From IMG/VR virus record IMGVR_UViG_3300005253_000023: 46,420 bases of DNA, one strand, 5' to 3'. Shown here piece after piece: positions 41,828 to 46,420 of the stretch; position 1 is the stretch's first letter, and each line of letters starts with the position of its first letter. Under the pieces are notes generated by a model that saw nothing but the letters and a program-made list of their open reading frames with translations, was not told the origin of the DNA and did not search any database. This DNA comes from a virus. The translations under genes and the position numbers were made by a program.

Positions 41828-42482
41828 TGCCTTTCATTTCTATAAAGTTAAACATTTCTTTTGCCCGTGACCATTCGCGGACACTGTAAATTTCTTGTAT
41901 GTTTTCGTGGGTTAGATTGCTTGTAAAGTGGGTTCGGTAAAGCCCCCTATCCATTAGGTCGTTCCGGTAACTGATAAGTTCTGCCAAGGGTTGAACACGT
42001 TGCCCGAAGTGGATAACCTCCATATTTTCATCACCTTCATAGCCTAAATCCTGAATAAGAATTTCTGGCTTACAATAGTTTCGCAGAATCTTAATCCCTT
42101 CTTCAGAATATTCAATTGCTATTTCCTTGGCTGTGTATTCCATGCACTTACGAAATGGATTTGGACAGGTAATAGTTGACATCATGTTGACGTAGTGAAT
42201 GAATGCCGACATCACTAAGGATTTACCTACACCACAAACACCATGTAAAAATATTCCCTTATTCAAACTACCGTCAAATGATGGATCGTTATGAAAGTAT
42301 TTAACCAGATTTTTGAATATGTGTTCGTTGTCTTTATCAATGTTAAACACAGGTTCTTTTTTATTTAATGCTTTCCCAATCTTGATTACTGTTTTCATCG
42401 CCTGTTCGTAATCCATCGGAACAATTCCAGGAACCTTCTTAGCCTGTTCTAATGATAGTATGTAGTCGTCAATGTAACTCAT
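41814..42482 (-). CDS. DnaC/IstB-like P-loop ATPase (helicase-loader candidate)
   Basis: Walker A LHGVCGVGKS, Walker B-like ILIQDLG. Follows the DUF1376 initiator. Confidence 0.55.
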   Translation of the reverse strand: MSYIDDYILSLEQAKKVPGIVPMDYEQAMKTVIKIGKALNKKEPVFNIDKDNEHIFKNLVKYFHNDPSFDGSLNKGIFLHGVCGVGKSLVMSAFIHYVNMMSTITCPNPFRKCMEYTAKEIAIEYSEEGIKILRNYCKPEILIQDLGYEGDENMEVIHFGQRVQPLAELISYRNDLMDRGLYRTHFTSNLTHENIQEIYSVREWSRAKEMFNFIEMKGNDRR

Positions 42483-42673
42483 GACAATTTTTTCATGATT
42501 AATTTCGTCAGCTTCTTATTTAATTCCTTTTTGCAATTAAAACTAAATATTTCCTTAAGGTTGTCGGTTCTGACCGTGCCAGATAAATCACTACATGTAC
42601 AGATTATAAGCGGGTAATCGCTTTCTCCAGTTAACTCATCCAAAATAGCTAGTTTTCTTAATATCTTTTTCAT
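42479..42673 (-). CDS. hypothetical protein
   Basis: 64-aa ORF with ATGA overlaps on both sides. Confidence 0.55.
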   Translation of the reverse strand: MKKILRKLAILDELTGESDYPLIICTCSDLSGTVRTDNLKEIFSFNCKKELNKKLTKLIMKKLS

Positions 42674-43440
42674 CTCAATTTTACTTTAGGTTTTGGTTGT
42701 TTATTATTTTCATCATTAAGCTTAAAAAATCCTTTCCATCCTTTCGCCATTGATCTGTCTATAATCTTAACTGCAATTGATTCCTTTTCTCCTGATAGGT
42801 TATATAATTCAGTTAATGTAGCTTGTTCACTTTGCTTGGATTTGTATTTAAACTCAAATTCATCATTTTTATACTCCCGCCAATCTTTCCATTTACTTTT
42901 AAAAGTTTCTGTATTAAAAAATAAATTCACACCTTTCTTAATATTATCTTTATTTACATCTTCATCTACATTTATATATAGTTCAAGTTTTTGTTCTAAC
43001 ATATGTTTTAACACTTGTTCATTTTTAAGGTCAATAGTTAGGTCAATTTTCTCTTTTAAAAACAGTTCTTTCTTCTTGTTAAGCTTAAAGTTTTTCCTTG
43101 CATAGCGCATTATATAACTAATTTTCCCGGCAGAACTTCGCTTCTCAACAAACTTTTGTCGTCGTTGAATTATCTCTTTTGCAAATCCATTTTCATAACG
43201 CTGTTCATCATTCAACTCGAATTTTTGTTTAAGCACTTGTTCAAACACTTGTTCAAACAGTTTATATTCAGAAGGACGTACTGCACAAATGGAGGCTAAT
43301 TCATCCAAATCGGAAGGGATAGAACCTTTATCAAATTGATGTAATATTAGATCAAAATACCAACCTTTTTCAGCTCCTTTCATGCCTTTAGTGGCTGAAA
43401 TCCATTTGTCAATATAGACTAATGCAGCAGGGTCTTTCAT
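42670..43440 (-). CDS. DUF1376-type replication initiation protein candidate
   Basis: LVYIDKWISATKGMKGAEKGWYFDLILHQFDKGSIPSDLDELA matches the DUF1376 (YdaU-like) N-terminal pattern. Confidence 0.55.
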   Translation of the reverse strand: MKDPAALVYIDKWISATKGMKGAEKGWYFDLILHQFDKGSIPSDLDELASICAVRPSEYKLFEQVFEQVLKQKFELNDEQRYENGFAKEIIQRRQKFVEKRSSAGKISYIMRYARKNFKLNKKKELFLKEKIDLTIDLKNEQVLKHMLEQKLELYINVDEDVNKDNIKKGVNLFFNTETFKSKWKDWREYKNDEFEFKYKSKQSEQATLTELYNLSGEKESIAVKIIDRSMAKGWKGFFKLNDENNKQPKPKVKLR

Positions 43441-43442
43441 TA

Positions 43443-43952
43443 TTAAAAACCTTCGTATTTTAATTTGTACTCTCCTTCTTTATTAAAACCTATGCCATTA
43501 ATTGAATAGTCATAAGTATATATTTCAAAAATTAAAGTATTAGAATTTAGCAGGAAATCAACCAGATATATAATATCATCGTCCATATTAACATCAGAAC
43601 CAATACAGATAATTTTATATGTAACAGGATATTTGAATTCTCTTTTTTCTAAATAATTCCTGATTCCTTTAATATATCTAAGGGCTTGTAAAAAAGTATT
43701 TGTACTAACTAAATCCTTTTTTAATTCATAAACTGTAATAGTAGCAGGTATTGCATGTTCTTTTTTAATATTCCATCGTGGCCTTTCAAACGTAATTACA
43801 TCAGCAATCCCATAAGCTCCTATTTTGAATTGCCTGAATATTTTATTAGGATAATAAATAGGGAATCCTTTATTTATAAGGTTTTCAATTGATTCCTTAT
43901 CTTTGATATTGTCCCAGATAATATCTTCCAAATCTTTTTCTAAGAACTTCAT
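43443..43952 (-). CDS. PD-(D/E)XK nuclease-like protein (NucS/DUF91-like)
   Basis: Start at the ATG at 43952 (MKFLEKDLEDIIW). GIADVITFE...TVYELKK resembles a D...ExK core. Confidence 0.45.
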   Translation of the reverse strand: MKFLEKDLEDIIWDNIKDKESIENLINKGFPIYYPNKIFRQFKIGAYGIADVITFERPRWNIKKEHAIPATITVYELKKDLVSTNTFLQALRYIKGIRNYLEKREFKYPVTYKIICIGSDVNMDDDIIYLVDFLLNSNTLIFEIYTYDYSINGIGFNKEGEYKLKYEGF

Positions 43953-43977
43953 AATATAAAAGCCTACTAAAAAGGTT

Positions 43978-44054
43978 GTGACAAAACGATGCAAGAAAGT
44001 TTTTACCTTCCGTTCGGCTTAATTTTTATGTTCAAATGATTTTCGTTTCGTCAC
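43978..44054 (-). promoter_or_regulatory. 5' leader clamp: 12-bp helix (one G:U) enclosing 53 nt
   Basis: Minus-strand GUGACGAAACGA (44043..44054) pairs with UCGUUUUGUCAC (43978..43989). The 5' arm starts 4 nt after the TATATTTG box. Confidence 0.4.
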
Positions 44055-44077
44055 ATTACAAATATAGTCTTTTATTC
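44054..44077 (-). promoter_or_regulatory. 24-nt exact repeat containing a TATATTTG box (copy 1)
   Basis: CATTACAAATATAGTCTTTTATTC is identical to 45603..45626. The reverse complement contains TAnnTTTG. Confidence 0.5.
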
Positions 44078-44605
44078 TTCCATTGCATATAAAATATTGT
44101 AATACCTAGCAATTTTTTCATAGGTTTCAACAACTACATCTATAGCTTCATTAAAGCGTTTAGTGGCATCATCACATTTATCGTCATAAAATTGATAAAT
44201 ACTATTTTCAGTCATTTCATTTGCAATAAAGTTATTCTTAATTTTTTTATCTAAATACCATGCTGATTTTTGGCTTATACTCAGAACCCGGCCTAATTGA
44301 TGGGTGCTTATTCCTTCAGGGGATAAGTAAAGTGCAACAAATAACTTACGAATGGGTAATTTACTTTCTTGAAATGGTGTACCAATACGAATACTAAATT
44401 GCTTTCTGCATTTCTTACATTTCCATCGCTTGCCACGATTGGTTAAATTCAATTCATAGCAAACATCGTGATTACAATATTGACAAATAGGTTTACCATT
44501 CCATCTAAATTGAGCTAAATAATCAACACATTTTTCTTCTGTATTTAATTCCGATAATAGATCAAATGTTGATTCAAATTCTTGTCGCAAATGTTCTATA
44601 ATCAT
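44072..44605 (-). CDS. IS1595-type transposase N-terminal Zn-ribbon/HTH domain protein (no DDE domain)
   Basis: CVDYLAQFRWNGKPICQYCNH...WKCKKCRKQFSIRIGTPFQESKLPIRKLFVALYL...SAWYLDKKIK. Start at the ATG at 44605. Confidence 0.6.
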   Translation of the reverse strand: MIIEHLRQEFESTFDLLSELNTEEKCVDYLAQFRWNGKPICQYCNHDVCYELNLTNRGKRWKCKKCRKQFSIRIGTPFQESKLPIRKLFVALYLSPEGISTHQLGRVLSISQKSAWYLDKKIKNNFIANEMTENSIYQFYDDKCDDATKRFNEAIDVVVETYEKIARYYNILYAMEE

Positions 44606-44607
44606 TA

Positions 44608-45051
44608 TTAACTCATTACAAATACTGCGTAAATCCATCGCGGAGTAAGTGTTCTGGCAAAAATTACCGCCCCAACACTAGGTTCATCAATTTTTTTTGA
44701 CATAGTGTACATACTATTTCCTGTTGTAAATACATCATCACAAATCAATGTTAATGATGAATCTTTATTCACGTATTTATCCAAAGCCAACTTTAAACGA
44801 TCACCGCCTGTAGGTATTGATACCACTTTATTGAATGCTTTTGAATATGTTCTCCAATTTTTAACCCCAATTGCTTCCATAACCATCTGTGAAGGAAAGC
44901 CAAATTTTTCTTTCCATCCTAATCTATTACAATGCTCTATAGCAAAGAAATATATTGCCGTGTGAATTGGCCTTGTTCGTTCTGGATTTTCAAAACAGAA
45001 GTCAAACCAATCCCTTGATAATTCATAGCCGTTTAACTTCTGCTCATTCAC
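44608..45051 (-). CDS. chimeric-looking protein: phage N-terminal domain plus a phosphoribosyltransferase-like signature
   Basis: The C-terminal half, IPTGGDRLKLAL...LTLICDDVFTTGNSM...GAVIFAR, resembles a type-I PRTase/ComF PRPP-binding loop. Confidence 0.55.
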   Translation of the reverse strand: MNEQKLNGYELSRDWFDFCFENPERTRPIHTAIYFFAIEHCNRLGWKEKFGFPSQMVMEAIGVKNWRTYSKAFNKVVSIPTGGDRLKLALDKYVNKDSSLTLICDDVFTTGNSMYTMSKKIDEPSVGAVIFARTLTPRWIYAVFVMS

Positions 45052-45067
45052 CGTTAAATAGTATAGG

Positions 45068-45481
45068 CTATTCTACTGTATTTGTTATCCTGGTTTTTGC
45101 TTCTAGGATAGGCAAGTTTGCTTCTGTTGGTATGTAAATCTTATCACCATCCATTTTGTCAATATTTCTAACCCATAAATATTGTATATACTTATCAGTT
45201 AATTTCCCATCTTCTATCTCAATAGCTATCGCCATTCCCTTTGCGCGTTCAACTTCTGCCTGACTATTTAATTTTTGAGATTCTAAATTTGCCTTTGCTT
45301 CTTCAATAAGAATCTTTCTATTTTGTTCTGCTTTTGCCATTTCAGCACGCCCAAAATTTTCAGCACTTTCAATCTTAACCTTTGACCTCCAAACCTGATA
45401 TTTTGGTAAGCCAAACATAGCACACATAATAATAACAATAATCGTAAGCACGATTGTAAAAAACCATCCTAATTCACTCAT
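45068..45481 (-). CDS. membrane-anchored protein with an SPFH/band-7 C-terminal-like region
   Basis: N-terminal TM FFTIVLTIIVIIMCAMFGL. AEMAKAEQNRKILIEEAKANLESQKLNSQAEVERAKGMA helical repeat. Confidence 0.4.
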   Translation of the reverse strand: MSELGWFFTIVLTIIVIIMCAMFGLPKYQVWRSKVKIESAENFGRAEMAKAEQNRKILIEEAKANLESQKLNSQAEVERAKGMAIAIEIEDGKLTDKYIQYLWVRNIDKMDGDKIYIPTEANLPILEAKTRITNTVE

Positions 45482-45522
45482 AATATTTAAATTAAATTAA
45501 TCAAAAAGCCCTTCCAACATGT

Positions 45523-45603
45523 TGCACACTTACCAGGAAGTAAGATGACACGTTTTCGGGGCTATGAAAAAAGTTTTTGTAACATGTCCTGGTCTAAGTG
45601 TGC
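45523..45603 (-). promoter_or_regulatory. 5' leader clamp: imperfect ~15-bp helix with a 2-nt bulge
   Basis: Minus-strand GCACACUUAGACCAGG (45589..45603 region) pairs with CCUGGUAAGUGUGC (45524..45537 region). The 5' arm starts 4 nt after the TATATTTG box. Confidence 0.35.
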
Positions 45604-45626
45604 ATTACAAATATAGTCTTTTATTC
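45603..45626 (-). promoter_or_regulatory. 24-nt exact repeat containing a TATATTTG box (copy 2)
   Basis: Identical to 44054..44077. Lies between the stop of 45631..45945 and the leader of 45068..45481. Confidence 0.5.
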
Positions 45627-45630
45627 GGGG

Positions 45631-45945
45631 CTATCTGTTATTTTCATACAATTTAAAACCCTTTTCTGTTAATCCATAGTAGTGACAACCATCATCATCA
45701 CACCACTCCGAAGGAATATTAATATATTGTCCTTCTCTCACTATGTCTATTACTGCAACCTCATTATCACCATAGGCATGAATATGGGAATCTCCAAATC
45801 CACTAATATTTTTAGCATCATAAGCATATAGCGAGCCGTATCTATTGACAAAATTTATTCCTTCTTTTTCACAATCTTTATAAGCCTTTTTTAATCTATT
45901 AAAAGCACGTTGCTGGTTTGCTGTTAAATCAAATATGTCTTCCAT
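45631..45945 (-). CDS. hypothetical protein
   Basis: 104-aa ORF. Confidence 0.6.
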   Translation of the reverse strand: MEDIFDLTANQQRAFNRLKKAYKDCEKEGINFVNRYGSLYAYDAKNISGFGDSHIHAYGDNEVAVIDIVREGQYINIPSEWCDDDGCHYYGLTEKGFKLYENNR

Positions 45946-45948
45946 AAT

Positions 45949-46218
45949 CTAAACTTCAATCGTTTCAAGTAACTCTTCTACCGCCTCTTCGGCTTGTTGC
46001 CAATCTTCTAAGGGTGCGAAAAATTTACTATTTGCATAAAAACTACGTAAATCTCTGTCACAAGTAGTACAGGTAGTGCTCCCATTCATATTTTTATGTA
46101 CATAAATAGATATTATGCTACAACATTTAGTTACACTATAGATTAGATATTCTTTGCCTGCACTAATACCAAGTGTATTTACAGTTTTAATACAAACAAC
46201 TTTATCTCCAACGTTCAT
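45949..46218 (-). CDS. hypothetical protein
   Basis: 89-aa ORF with an ATGA overlap with the upstream gene. Confidence 0.6.
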   Translation of the reverse strand: MNVGDKVVCIKTVNTLGISAGKEYLIYSVTKCCSIISIYVHKNMNGSTTCTTCDRDLRSFYANSKFFAPLEDWQQAEEAVEELLETIEV

Positions 46219-46409
46219 AATTTCTCTACTTTACACTCTTCAAAATTTATAAATAAAAAATCATCAGGATAGTATGTTTGCTTATTGAGTGTTAGCTTAC
46301 CTGCCACTTTAACCCAATGGGTTGACGGGCCTATTTTCTTGTCGTAGACAGCATCAAAAGTGCCTTTGGTGGGATGTTCTATTCGTATCTTATCCCCCTT
46401 TACGTACAT
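46215..46409 (-). CDS. hypothetical protein (start lies in the terminal repeat)
   Basis: 64-aa ORF. Its ATG (46409, equivalent to 110) overlaps the stop of the DnaA-IV-like gene (101..103) once the genome is circularised. Confidence 0.55.
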   Translation of the reverse strand: MYVKGDKIRIEHPTKGTFDAVYDKKIGPSTHWVKVAGKLTLNKQTYYPDDFLFINFEECKVEKL

Positions 46410-46420
46410 CGGTTTAAATA
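46300..46420. repeat. terminal direct repeat, copy 2 (identical to 1..121)
   Basis: Base-for-base identity with the window start. Confidence 0.9.

Noticed and set aside
1-46420. Alternative genetic code (stop-codon reassignment), as seen in some Bacteroidota-infecting phages
   Set aside because: Long uninterrupted ORFs with tight coupling are obtained under the standard code throughout, including the late genes. The only in-frame stops are in the decayed 2591..2831 region.
1-46420. tRNA genes, CRISPR arrays, integrase/attP, and a reverse transcriptase/DGR
   Set aside because: I found no cloverleaf-like GC-rich 70-90-nt segment with a T-loop GTTCGAATC-type motif; the 34454..34640 region was checked and does not fit. 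There are no regularly spaced repeats and no tyrosine or serine recombinase or RT motifs in any ORF. A tRNAscan or HMM run would be needed for certainty.

Overview
This window is an essentially complete genome of an AT-rich tailed dsDNA phage. The first 121 nt are base-for-base identical to the last 121 nt, so the unique length is 46,299 nt (circular closure or terminal redundancy). About 95 tightly packed genes, many translationally coupled (ATGA or TAATG overlaps), lie on the minus strand. The exception is a plus-strand island at 7705..10451. Reading the minus strand from high to low coordinates, the modules are as follows. (1) Early and replication genes: an SPFH-like membrane protein, an IS1595-type Zn-ribbon protein, a PD-(D/E)XK nuclease, a DUF1376 initiator, a DnaC-like ATPase, HNH, and a 3D-domain protein. 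(2) Packaging: HNH, TerS, TerL. (3) A 3.4-kb island of small genes. (4) Morphogenesis: portal candidate, scaffold, capsid, connectors, major tail, chaperone pair, tape measure, and a 1305-aa fibre. (5) Holin-like genes plus a PAS-domain protein. (6) After the plus-strand island (MazG-like, DUF1064, Dam methylase, HExxH mini-protease, MmcB-like nuclease): an N-acetylmuramidase endolysin, membrane proteins, an HTH protein, a tandem cassette of Ala-rich repeat proteins, and an ERF/YqaJ recombination pair plus a DnaA-domain-IV-like protein. No integrase, tRNA, rRNA, CRISPR array or reverse transcriptase was seen. A Bacteroidota host is inferred from recurring TAnnTT(T/C)G -7-type promoter boxes, the lack of Shine-Dalgarno sequences and several family resemblances. 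The most interesting signals are non-coding. One is a 4x GGCGGUAGCY repeat array in the capsid mRNA leader, together with a promoter-to-terminator unit behind terL that carries the antisense motif (a candidate sRNA and its multi-site target). Another is a family of TACAAA-N5-TTTGTA palindromes fused to promoter boxes. A third is three leaders whose predicted 5' ends are clamped in long-range helices. All protein family calls are by-eye motif recognition; no database search was run.
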